Shown one piece after another: positions 50,521-58,644 of a DNA stretch of 58,644 nt. The notes beneath the pieces were generated by a model, which did no database searches, was not told the origin of the DNA, and worked only from the letters and a program-made list of their open reading frames with translations. The stretch's first letter is position 1. Every line of letters begins with the position of its first letter. This stretch comes from a virus (taxonomy: Duplodnaviria; Caudoviricetes), in the IMG/VR virus record IMGVR_UViG_3300006917_000003, positions 1 through 58,644 of that record. One strand, given 5' to 3'. Position numbers and translations under genes: made by a program.

Positions 50521-53448
50521 TCACTTCTTGCTCTGGGAGTATGCCACAGCGCCGCCAAGGAGCAACCACAACCACGGGAAAGGCTTCTTTTCTTCTTCGG
50601 AGATAACGAGCTTTGTCGCCACCTCTTCGTTCTTCTTGATCGTCTCCGATACAGCGGGAGGGATTGGCAGATTGTAGTCTTGGCCCAGCGCCTGCAATGC
50701 TTCGCCGGATCCAGCAACGTAGTCAAGGGCGTTTTCCACCTGCTCCTTGGTCTTGTCGTTCTGCTCCTTGGTCTCCTCGGCCTTCGCTTTCTCCTTGTCG
50801 GGCATGAGCGGGACGACGACGATCGTGCCGCCGCCAAGGTTGAGGCTGATCTTGTCGTCCTTGTGCTTGCGAGCCTCCCCCAAAGCCTTGCTCGACAGGT
50901 CCAAGTTCGACAGCACACCGCCCTTGTCGGTGGTGTTGTCTAGCAGACGGTTGCGCCGCGCACCGCGCAGACTGGCAAGCGCCGCCATCTTGGCCTGCAA
51001 TTCGCTAATCTTTGCCGACACGGCGTTGAGTGCGGCAATCGCCGTCTGGTCGCCCGCGTCGACTCGCTCCTTGAGCTTGGCGTACTCCACCAGCAGTTCG
51101 TTGAGCTTGTAGGCCAGCGAACCCTTCTTGGGATTCTTGGCGCACTCGGTCATGGTCTGCTTGTAATAATCGAGCTTGGCTTGCGGGTCGGTCAGCGTCT
51201 TGGGCGGGTCGGGGATGCTGCACCCGTACAGTTCGATTGCCATGTCGTTGAGCGCCACGATCATGTCCTCGGACAAGTCTTGAGACTCGCTTGCCAACTG
51301 CGAGGCCATCATGCCCAAGAGCAGTTGAGACTTGACCTCGCTCCGCGCATCAACATACGCCTTCTGCGGCTCGGTCAGTCCAGCCGTCTGAGCCTTGGCC
51401 TCTTCGGTAGCCTGCTTGTGCAGTTCCATCACCTTGTCGGCCACCAGCTTGAAGCCAAGCGGTATCGGCATGGGTTTGCTCTTGTCAGGCTGCCACGCAT
51501 AGAGCTTGGCCACGTTGCCACTCAGCTTGCTTGCGCGGGGTGGGGTGAACACTTTACCTGCAAAGAAGTCGGCCTTTTCGCTAATGGTAACAGCCATCTC
51601 TAGCTGCTTCTTGGTGTAGGTGGGGACAACGATGCTCTCGACCGGCCACGCGCCCATCATCTCCAGCAGCTTGTCTGGGTCTAGCTTCTCGCTGCCAAGG
51701 CAGTCCTTGTTGATCTGGGCAACACGGGATTGGAAGTTGGCGTAAGCAGTGGTGCCTTTGACTTCGGAGTACCACTTGTTCACCAGCAGCGTCAGCTTGG
51801 GTGCTACATCGGTGATCACCTTGCCTGACGGGGTCGTGTACGGTTCGTAGGTCCAGCCGACCTCCATCGGGGGCAAGAAGCAGACGAACTCAATCGCTGC
51901 CACCAGCATATCCCGGGCAGTCTTGACCTTGGCCCACGGGCCACCCTCTTCCTTGACGATGGGGTAGGTTGGCTTGTTGGGGTCGGTGTTGTCCTTCTTG
52001 GCGTAGAGAGAGGCTTGCATCAGCGTGAGGCGTTTGGCGTCTTGTGCAATGCGAATCAAAGGCAGAATAATGTCGGCCACTTGGTGAGGCGTTTTGGCAA
52101 CGCCGCCATACTCGCTTGACCACTCGGGATCTTCAGACAGGCCCTTCCAGATGAACATACCCAGCGTCTTTTCGGAGTACAAGCGATTGGTCTCGTCCTC
52201 GAACGGCGGGTGGAAAGCGGGTGGGCAAGCCCCCTTCTCTGGGCAGACCGGGATCTTGGCTCCCGGCTGCTTGGTCTTGAAGGCGTCCACGAACGGCTTC
52301 CCGCCGATACGATCCCACTGGTGGTGCAAGAAGTCGGCCAGAGCAATCGACGGCTCGATGTACTCGGCGTTTGCGCTCGCGGCCAGCTTCTCGTAGCCGA
52401 TCGATGCGACCGGCACAGACAGCCCGGGGAGCGTCTCGCCCCACTTGTCAGCCGGCACGTCCCAGCCAGAGCCTTGCACAGCTGAAAGCGTACCAGAGAA
52501 GAGAGGGTTGGTGGTCACGACCACGTTGGCGTCGCTGCCCTTGTAGGCGTACAGCGAGTGCAGCTTATAGTCGGCCAAGCCCGGGACGCTTGCACCGTAA
52601 ACTAGCGCCTGCTTGTTGCCGCTAGGGTTGTACTGCAAGTAGGGCATGTAGAGATCGGCAATCGGGAACTCCAGCGAGTCCACGCTCACCATCTTCTTGG
52701 CGTCTTGATCGTACTGCTGAATCGTGATCGGCTTTGCGACCTTGGGGTCGCATGCGACAGGGCCAAGCCACTGCACAGCGTTGATCTTGCTGAACGCCTC
52801 CGACAGCAGGAAGCCGATCCCGCCAGCTTCGCCAGCAACGGTCACCTGCGCCTTCATGTACTCAACTTCAGCCGCCTTCGCGTTCTTGACCAGCGTAGGG
52901 ATGCTCGATACCACGTTGCGCCAAGTGTCGCCAGTCAGCGACCCCTTGGGCGGGAGCCACGACAGCGTCTGGTCCACCAGCTTCTGAACCTGCGCTTGGG
53001 TGCCGTTCGGCCCCGGGTAGTCTTGCCAGTTGCAAGCCAGCGCGTAGACGAGGTTGAGAAGTTCCCAGCACCGCAAGCGGGTCTGGAACGCCAGCAGGTC
53101 AAACGCCCGCTTGTCGGCGGCTTCAGACACGATGCCGTAGAGGTCAACGCCCGGGGCTTGGCCGCTCTTCTGCGTCAACGGATTGAAGGGTGCAAGGTAC
53201 TTGGCCAGCGACACTGCCGACAGTGCCTGCATGGCCTTGGGCGAAAGCACGGCTGCCAGCTTGGCTGCATCCTCGGGCTTCAAGCCAGTCGGCAGGGCGT
53301 CGGGTGTCGAAAGGATCTCCTTGCCACCGATCGGCAAGTAGGTGTCGTACACGTCCTTGACGACGCCGCCTGCGCCAGCACCTGCGTCTGCGCCCTTGCC
53401 CCCGGGGGGCAAGCCGTTCAAGTTCCCCTCGTTGTTGAACAGCAACAT
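50521..53448 (-). CDS. Large (975 aa) membrane-anchored virion protein
   Basis: AGGAG RBS; C-terminal coiled coil and KKPFPWLWLLLGGAVAY TM. Confidence 0.78.
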   Translation of the reverse strand: MLLFNNEGNLNGLPPGGKGADAGAGAGGVVKDVYDTYLPIGGKEILSTPDALPTGLKPEDAAKLAAVLSPKAMQALSAVSLAKYLAPFNPLTQKSGQAPGVDLYGIVSEAADKRAFDLLAFQTRLRCWELLNLVYALACNWQDYPGPNGTQAQVQKLVDQTLSWLPPKGSLTGDTWRNVVSSIPTLVKNAKAAEVEYMKAQVTVAGEAGGIGFLLSEAFSKINAVQWLGPVACDPKVAKPITIQQYDQDAKKMVSVDSLEFPIADLYMPYLQYNPSGNKQALVYGASVPGLADYKLHSLYAYKGSDANVVVTTNPLFSGTLSAVQGSGWDVPADKWGETLPGLSVPVASIGYEKLAASANAEYIEPSIALADFLHHQWDRIGGKPFVDAFKTKQPGAKIPVCPEKGACPPAFHPPFEDETNRLYSEKTLGMFIWKGLSEDPEWSSEYGGVAKTPHQVADIILPLIRIAQDAKRLTLMQASLYAKKDNTDPNKPTYPIVKEEGGPWAKVKTARDMLVAAIEFVCFLPPMEVGWTYEPYTTPSGKVITDVAPKLTLLVNKWYSEVKGTTAYANFQSRVAQINKDCLGSEKLDPDKLLEMMGAWPVESIVVPTYTKKQLEMAVTISEKADFFAGKVFTPPRASKLSGNVAKLYAWQPDKSKPMPIPLGFKLVADKVMELHKQATEEAKAQTAGLTEPQKAYVDARSEVKSQLLLGMMASQLASESQDLSEDMIVALNDMAIELYGCSIPDPPKTLTDPQAKLDYYKQTMTECAKNPKKGSLAYKLNELLVEYAKLKERVDAGDQTAIAALNAVSAKISELQAKMAALASLRGARRNRLLDNTTDKGGVLSNLDLSSKALGEARKHKDDKISLNLGGGTIVVVPLMPDKEKAKAEETKEQNDKTKEQVENALDYVAGSGEALQALGQDYNLPIPPAVSETIKKNEEVATKLVISEEEKKPFPWLWLLLGGAVAYSQSKK

Positions 53449-53456
53449 GGCGGCTC

Positions 53457-54113
53457 CTACCCAAGACCTTTGAAACCCTTGGCGACGTACTGCTTGTAGG
53501 CAGCTTCCATCTTGTCGTCGTACCCGCGCTGGCCCTTGCCGTTGTAGCCCCGGGCAAACGTTGTCCAGTCGCCCTTGCGGGCAGCGTCCTCCAGCCCCTT
53601 GTTCTGCACGAAGTCGAAGAAGCCACGGATCTGTGCCTCCTCGCTGGTCGAGTAGGCGTCAAACATGGCTTGCACGGTGGGGAACTTCACCAGCTTGTGG
53701 TTGAAGCCCATGATCTGGGCCGACCCCATGCTGATCGACTTCATTGCGGCCTCGCGGTCAAGAGCAGCGGCGCGGGCAAAGTTGTCCCACTCGGCCTTCT
53801 GGCCAGCACGCACAACGCCAACATCCTTGCCGCCTGAGTACTCGCGGAAGACGTGCGGCTCAAAGCGAATGATCATGCGACCGTCTTTGCCAAAGCCCTT
53901 GCCGCCAGACTCCACAGTGAAGATTGCCAGCGCCACGGCCTCGGGGATGCCCCGCTCGGCTGCCAACGCCCTGATCTGCTTGATCCGCTCTTCCTTGCTC
54001 AGGATCTCTGCGACCATCTCCTTGACCTGCTTGCCATAGGTGACCACCAGCAGCAGCGCCGCGCCACCCAGCGCCCACCACAACCATGGCTGGACTTCTG
54101 GATTGCGCTTCAT
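53457..54113 (-). CDS. N-acetylmuramidase (DUF3380-like) with N-terminal RNP and TM; likely virion-associated lysin
   Basis: VESGG.GF, IRFEPHVF, SMG..QIMGFNH, W..FARGYNG, YD.KM. Confidence 0.85.
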   Translation of the reverse strand: MKRNPEVQPWLWWALGGAALLLVVTYGKQVKEMVAEILSKEERIKQIRALAAERGIPEAVALAIFTVESGGKGFGKDGRMIIRFEPHVFREYSGGKDVGVVRAGQKAEWDNFARAAALDREAAMKSISMGSAQIMGFNHKLVKFPTVQAMFDAYSTSEEAQIRGFFDFVQNKGLEDAARKGDWTTFARGYNGKGQRGYDDKMEAAYKQYVAKGFKGLG

Positions 54114-54114
54114 A

Positions 54115-54969
54115 CTACCGCCCGTGCAGCTTGGCGGCGGCGTCCTTCATGCTCAGACGCTCGCCGTCGATCACGGCGTAGCCCTTGGACAGCTTACGCA
54201 CGCGGTGGGAGCCAGCCTGCACCGTCTTGCCGATCGGCAGTCGGGAAAGCATCGAAGCGAAGATCTTCTCCTCTTCCTTCTCATGGGCGAGGTGGGATTT
54301 GGACATGCCGTTGCGCTTCTTGGGATTCAGCACAGCCGGGACGTAGCGCGGGTCGGGGTTGCGGCTCTTGTAGCCGATGGCTTCGTAGACCTGCGCTTTG
54401 GTCATGCCACCCTTGAGGTAGCTCTTCCAGCACGACTCGTAGTAGTCCCGCTTGATGTCGCCAGAGTAGCCACGGGACAGCTTGCTCTCCTGCTCGTTGA
54501 TCGCGGCCCGCACGACAGCCCGGTCTCCAGCGGACGGCTGGTTGAGCGGATTCTGGCTCATGTACCGTTCGGCTTCAAACTTGCTGACCACCCCGCGCCG
54601 TTGCAGGTACGCCAGCGCCGCATTGAATCGCTCTCGGGCGTAGGTGTCGCGCTTGAGGAAGTCCCGCATGGCCTCGCCTTGGCGGCGACTCTGGGAAAGG
54701 GTAGTCAGCGCGTTTCGCGCCTCCTGCAAGGCTACACGGGGATCTAGACGCTCAATACGCTCCCAAGAGTACTCGATGCCAGTCTTGGTAGGGTTGCGGC
54801 GCTTCTTGGGGCCGCAGTGCGGGTTGCCGCACGCGCCCGCGCAGCCGCAGCCGCCGTTGCGCTTCTTGGTCTTGCGGAACTTGAAGCCGCCTTCCACCTG
54901 TTTGACCTCCGCGATGGAGTCGCACTGGTAGGCTTGGCCGTTGGGGCTGTGGGCGATGAACTTGGCCAT
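54115..54969 (-). CDS. Basic multi-module protein with NP/NG motifs
   Basis: KRNG, RRNP, SQNP, SRNP, VLNP, KRNG. Confidence 0.75.
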   Translation of the reverse strand: MAKFIAHSPNGQAYQCDSIAEVKQVEGGFKFRKTKKRNGGCGCAGACGNPHCGPKKRRNPTKTGIEYSWERIERLDPRVALQEARNALTTLSQSRRQGEAMRDFLKRDTYARERFNAALAYLQRRGVVSKFEAERYMSQNPLNQPSAGDRAVVRAAINEQESKLSRGYSGDIKRDYYESCWKSYLKGGMTKAQVYEAIGYKSRNPDPRYVPAVLNPKKRNGMSKSHLAHEKEEEKIFASMLSRLPIGKTVQAGSHRVRKLSKGYAVIDGERLSMKDAAAKLHGR

Positions 54970-54978
54970 GGCAGACTC

Positions 54979-55971
54979 CTAGCTCGACTTCTTGTTGCTC
55001 GACAAGACCAGCAGCAGCACCACGCCGCCTGCGACGTAGGGCAGCACTGAGGCGGCATCGCTCTTCTTGTCGTCTCCAGACTTGCCCGCAGCGGCAGCGG
55101 TGCTGTTGCCCACCAGACCGCCCGACTTGACCTTGAACGCCTGCTCCAGCCACGCCTCTTCGCGCTTGGGGTTGGGGCCAACCATGGCGAGGTACTTGTC
55201 GATGGTGCCAGCAGGCACGGAACTGATCCGCTTGTTGCCGTCGACTGCACCAGCGAGCTTGATCGGCACCCCAAACACGTCCTTGTTCGTGCCCTTCTGC
55301 GGCACGATGCTGGGCATACGGGTGCCCACCATCTGGGCATAGCCTGCCGCTGCTGCGGCTTCGTAGGGCTTGGCCCCGGCTGCAACCGCCTTCTGGTAGA
55401 TGAAGTCAGCGAGGCGGCTGGTCACGTTGAGGTCAGCGCCCATGAGACTCAGCACCTTCTCCCACAGCCAGCCCAAGATGGTGTCGCGGCCTTGCTTGAG
55501 GTCTGTCGCTGGCGAGCCGGTCGGCTTCATGCGGTAGGCGACCGCCACCATGGCGTCCTTGAGTGCATCCATGAAGACGGTGCCCTTGGCGTCGTTCATG
55601 GCTGCCAACACGCTGTTGGCCTGCGCTTCAGGCAGGTAGGTGATCACGCCTTCTGCACTGGACTTGACCGTCCAGTTGGCCTGCTCAACGATCCATGCCG
55701 CCATGTCGGCCAGCACGTTGAGCACTTCGCCCAGACCGGGGAGGGCCTTGTCGAGGTACGGCTTGATCACCGTGCCGCCCTTGTCCACCAGCCCGCCGAT
55801 GATGCCAGCGCCAACGCTGCCCGGGATGAACGCCTGTGCGGCCTCCGTGCCCAGACCCTCCAGCGTCGGGGGGCCTTGGTGCGTCAGTTGCTGGGTGTTG
55901 CCCACATACGAACTGACCGGCATGGAGTGCTTGGGCGCTTGTGCTGGGTGCAAGCTGGGGACGATCATCAC
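54979..55971 (-). CDS. Virion membrane protein
   Basis: C-terminal VLPYVAGGVVLLLVL-SSNKK. Confidence 0.75.
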   Translation of the reverse strand: MMIVPSLHPAQAPKHSMPVSSYVGNTQQLTHQGPPTLEGLGTEAAQAFIPGSVGAGIIGGLVDKGGTVIKPYLDKALPGLGEVLNVLADMAAWIVEQANWTVKSSAEGVITYLPEAQANSVLAAMNDAKGTVFMDALKDAMVAVAYRMKPTGSPATDLKQGRDTILGWLWEKVLSLMGADLNVTSRLADFIYQKAVAAGAKPYEAAAAAGYAQMVGTRMPSIVPQKGTNKDVFGVPIKLAGAVDGNKRISSVPAGTIDKYLAMVGPNPKREEAWLEQAFKVKSGGLVGNSTAAAAGKSGDDKKSDAASVLPYVAGGVVLLLVLSSNKKSS

Positions 55972-56327
55972 ACACCTCCCGCCGCGAGGGCGGTCGCCTT
56001 GTAGTACTCCAACGTGTGTGGCTCTGTGTCCGCTGGTGGCCCCATCGAGAGTACCTTAGCACGCACCGTCTTGGCTACGGCTTCCAGATCTTCAACACGC
56101 ACCTTGCTGGCAATCTCCAGCACCCAGCCGATCGGCAGGCCCGCAGCCGCCGACACCATGGCCACCGTCTCGTACTTCTTCTGCTGCTCAGGGTCGACGG
56201 GGCGCGGCGGGGGCACTTGGTCTTTGGCGTAGGCCCGCAGCATGAGGTCTTGATACCAGTTGGGTCGCGTGGCCTTGAGCAACGCGAACCCAACCGCACC
56301 GATGATCAGCCACGTCCGCAGCTTCAC
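55968..56327 (-). CDS. Membrane protein (N-terminal TM)
   Basis: MKLRTWLIIGAVGFALLKA. Confidence 0.68.
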   Translation of the reverse strand: MKLRTWLIIGAVGFALLKATRPNWYQDLMLRAYAKDQVPPPRPVDPEQQKKYETVAMVSAAAGLPIGWVLEIASKVRVEDLEAVAKTVRAKVLSMGPPADTEPHTLEYYKATALAAGGV

Positions 56328-56699
56328 TTACGACCTCGCCGCAGTCCACAGCTTGACTTGGCCTGCGCCAGCCTCGCCGTTGGTCACCACCACGTCGTAG
56401 ACCTGCCCTATGCCGTTGTTGGTGCCCAAGCCGTAGCGCAGCACAGTCGGGGTGTTGGCTGGGATCGCTGCTGAGATCGGCACGGTCACTGCGATCGTCT
56501 TGCTGCGTGCGTAGAGCACCAGCGAGACGGATTGCAGCGCCACCGTGCAAGTCAGCATGACGGTGATCTGCGTGGCGTGCAGCGACGACACCTCTTCGAC
56601 CACCGTAGTAGCCTGCCCAATGCCAGCCGCAACAGCGAGCGGCCCCGACGCTTCGATCACAAGCGGCGTGCGGATGTCTTGCCCAAACGCGCCTGCCAT
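56328..56699 (-). CDS. Small all-beta virion protein (penton/vertex candidate)
   Basis: Start revised (MAGAFG); alternating beta-strand pattern; GGGAGG RBS. Confidence 0.6.
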   Translation of the reverse strand: MAGAFGQDIRTPLVIEASGPLAVAAGIGQATTVVEEVSSLHATQITVMLTCTVALQSVSLVLYARSKTIAVTVPISAAIPANTPTVLRYGLGTNNGIGQVYDVVVTNGEAGAGQVKLWTAARS

Positions 56700-56700
56700 C

Positions 56701-57195
56701 TTAGGCCTCCCTGTAGCCCAGCCGCTCGCCTTCCCACTCTTCGGGCCGGATGCGACCGTAGATCTGGGTGTAGACCAGCGCGTTCTGTGCGCTTGCGTCA
56801 AAGTTGACAATACGCAAGGACACTTCCGTCACGCCCGAGAGCGCCACCGAGAAGTTGAGCTTGCCTTGGAACAAGGTCAGCAGACCCGACACATCGCGCT
56901 CCAGCAAAGGGAAGCTGGAAGCACCATTGTCGTCCACATCCACACCCAGCACAGGGAAGGGTCGGATGCGGAGGAACGCCTGCATGCTGGCGAGGCCAGC
57001 AGAAGCGTTGTCGGGGCGGATCTGAAAGCTCACTTGAGCCTCGTCCGCGAACCGCGCAAACAGCGCCTTGCCACGCAGGGCCGTCTCGTATCCCTCCAGA
57101 CGCGGGCGCAGCACCATGGTCGAGACAATGGTGGAGCTTTCGCCGCCTGCGGGAAGCGTGAAGGTGGAGGCTTGCTCGTAGACCAGTGCCAGCAT
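56701..57195 (-). CDS. Beta-rich virion protein (minor capsid candidate)
   Basis: Start revised (MLALVY), TAATG coupling; ends in LRIVN...YTQIYG. Confidence 0.6.
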   Translation of the reverse strand: MLALVYEQASTFTLPAGGESSTIVSTMVLRPRLEGYETALRGKALFARFADEAQVSFQIRPDNASAGLASMQAFLRIRPFPVLGVDVDDNGASSFPLLERDVSGLLTLFQGKLNFSVALSGVTEVSLRIVNFDASAQNALVYTQIYGRIRPEEWEGERLGYREA

Positions 57196-57746
57196 TATGC
57201 CCCCGTGTTGAGGTAAGCGACCTTCCACGTCAGCGTGACGCTCACTGCCAGCGGGCCGGTGTTGGTCACCAGCAGCCGCCGCTTGAGCTTGTCGCGCCAC
57301 GTCTCAGGGGCGGGGAGGATCTGAGGCGACCAACCCACACCAAAGACGTTGCAGAGCGCCGAGTCTTGGATCTCAAGGAAACCCTCGACCAACTGCTGCC
57401 GCACCAGAATGTAGCCCCACGTCTGCGTAGGCAACTGCTGGGCGATGCCCGAGCCAAAGGCCAGCCCGGGGGTGGCGATCGCGTAGCGGCTGAACAGGAT
57501 GCCGTTACGACCACCAGTCAAGTCGAGTGCAACCTCTTCGGTGTTGGTCGGGTCGAACGGCGGAACGCCTGACCCTGCGGGCAGTTCGACCGTCACCGAT
57601 CGATCCTGCACCTGCACATAGCCCGCAGTGGGCCAGCGCGACGGATCATCGCAAGAGTCGGGGTTCGACTGCGGATCACCGTAGAGCCAGCCAGTGTACT
57701 GCTCACCCAGATCGAACTGCGCGAACGCAGGAGCTACCCAGCGCAT
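57195..57746 (-). CDS. Putative small capsid protein paralog 2 (183 aa)
   Basis: YT.W.Y.D.QSNP, NVFG.GWSP...PAPE.W, TN..., TWK.AYLNTG shared with 57766..58296. Confidence 0.72.
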   Translation of the reverse strand: MRWVAPAFAQFDLGEQYTGWLYGDPQSNPDSCDDPSRWPTAGYVQVQDRSVTVELPAGSGVPPFDPTNTEEVALDLTGGRNGILFSRYAIATPGLAFGSGIAQQLPTQTWGYILVRQQLVEGFLEIQDSALCNVFGVGWSPQILPAPETWRDKLKRRLLVTNTGPLAVSVTLTWKVAYLNTGA

Positions 57747-57765
57747 GGTCGCCTCCCTGAGCCAC

Positions 57766-58296
57766 TTAGCGGCCCGTGTTGAGGTAGGCGATCTTCCACG
57801 TCATGAACACGTTGACCGTGACGCCCGTGAGGTTGGTCACGGCGATGTTGCGCTGCTGGTTGCCCTGCCACCGCTCAGGAGCCGGGAAGCAGTGCGGCGA
57901 CCAGCCAAAGCCAAACACGTTGACGATCGGGGTCGACTCGATCTCCACCACACCATCCAGCCGAGTCTCGACCACGTTGACGTAGCCCGAGATCTGGTTG
58001 GGAAGCACCTTGGAGTTCGGAGTGTCTGCCGTCGTCGGGATCACAATGCACGTCCGCGTGTACACGATGACGTTCTTACCACCGCCGAGGTTCAACGACT
58101 GGGTCACCGTCGCGTTGTTAGCCACGCTGAAGAAGTTCAGCGAGCGATCAACAAACGTCACCTGCCCCGACACCGGCCACTTGTCCGGCTGGTCGTAGTA
58201 GGGGTTCGACTGCCGGTCGGCGTAGATCCAGCGGGTGTACGCATCCCCAAGGTTGGGGCCGTAGGGGGTGAACAGAGGGTCGATGTAGCCAGCCAT
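57766..58296 (-). CDS. Putative small capsid protein paralog 1 (176 aa)
   Basis: Start revised to ATG 58296 after AGGAG; beta-rich; follows the two large paralogs. Confidence 0.72.
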   Translation of the reverse strand: MAGYIDPLFTPYGPNLGDAYTRWIYADRQSNPYYDQPDKWPVSGQVTFVDRSLNFFSVANNATVTQSLNLGGGKNVIVYTRTCIVIPTTADTPNSKVLPNQISGYVNVVETRLDGVVEIESTPIVNVFGFGWSPHCFPAPERWQGNQQRNIAVTNLTGVTVNVFMTWKIAYLNTGR

Positions 58297-58320
58297 GGTT
58301 GACTTCTCCTGCAAACACGA

Positions 58321-58353
58321 GGGGGCGCGGTGCTTGTCGCGACCGCGCCCCCC
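58321..58353 (-). terminator. Hairpin after the large capsid genes
   Basis: gggggcgcggt...accgcgccccc. Confidence 0.5.
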
Positions 58354-58387
58354 CAGAGTACCCCAGATCGAGGCGCTTGACTACAGC

Positions 58388-58644
58388 TTAGACCGGCATG
58401 GTCAGCTTGTAGCCTTGGAAGGTCATGCGAACGGCGAGGAACTCAGCCGGGGACTGAGCGTTACCCGGGGCAATGCCCGGGACGGTGAACTCGCCACCGC
58501 TCTTGATCTTCACGCGGGTCACGATGTTGGGCAGGAACAGGAACGGGATCGGCAGCTTGCGCGAGTCGCACGCCAGCGGGAGGCCGTTCTGAACCGCGAT
58601 GCCCGTGTTAAGGCCGAAACCAACCGCAGTCGGCGGTTCCCACA
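58388..58644 (-). CDS. 3' part of the junction-spanning capsid paralog 2
   Basis: ...KLPIPFLFLPNIVTRVKIKSGG...VRMTFQGYKLTMPV*; 625+134 nt = 253 codons. Confidence 0.8.
   Translation of the reverse strand, partial: WEPPTAVGFGLNTGIAVQNGLPLACDSRKLPIPFLFLPNIVTRVKIKSGGEFTVPGIAPGNAQSPAEFLAVRMTFQGYKLTMPV
58522..58644. repeat. Terminal direct repeat copy 2
   Basis: Identical to 1-123. Confidence 0.97.

Larger units (their letters stand above)
1..58644. mobile_element. Complete circular dsDNA virus genome (~58,521 bp unique), probably a tailless membrane-containing bacteriophage
   Basis: Terminal 123-bp identity with a gene reading across the join; viral replication, lysis and structural modules; no host housekeeping genes; peptidoglycan hydrolases indicate a bacterial host. 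Confidence 0.9.

Noticed and set aside
50521-53448. Tail tape-measure protein
   Set aside because: No tail tube, terminator or chaperone genes nearby; its single C-terminal anchor matches the other membrane proteins.
1-58644. tRNA, rRNA or other structured RNA genes
   Set aside because: None recognised by eye; the hairpins found sit at gene ends and fit terminators. A covariance-model scan was not possible.

Overview
The window appears to be a complete, circularly assembled ~58.5 kb high-GC bacterial virus genome: bases 1-123 equal 58522-58644, and one gene reads through the join. I see no terminase, portal, HK97 capsid, tail genes or packaging ATPase. Instead, a long minus-strand operon (about 43.5 kb through the junction to 4.9 kb) encodes two paralogous ~230-250 aa and two paralogous ~180 aa beta-rich proteins. 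These resemble the single-jelly-roll capsid protein pairs of tailless, membrane-containing viruses (fold inferred, not verified). The operon also carries many C-terminally anchored membrane proteins, a basic core protein and a transglutaminase-like Cys protease. A replication block holds an SF2 helicase, VRR-NUC, a frameshifted primase/D5 helicase, an HTH repressor, a PD-(D/E)XK nuclease, a sigma region-4 protein, a SNF2-like helicase, SSB and PolA, plus a candidate origin with ~105 bp inverted arms. The genome also has a Cre-like tyrosine recombinase, a DNA methyltransferase and five different peptidoglycan hydrolase families. Two systems stand out. (1) A recurring [R/K]-N-P peptide motif starts proteins and separates unrelated modules (topoisomerase IB, zeta toxin, GNATs, GP88, muramidase) in about 11 proteins, sometimes encoded by short DNA direct repeats; it may be a tag or cleavage system for modular virion cargo. 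(2) An array of about 21 small genes each follows a repeated TTGACA promoter and/or GGAGGTG(T/C/G)GAG-ATG leader, which looks like a swappable expression-cassette array. All family calls come from motif recognition by eye; no searches were run.
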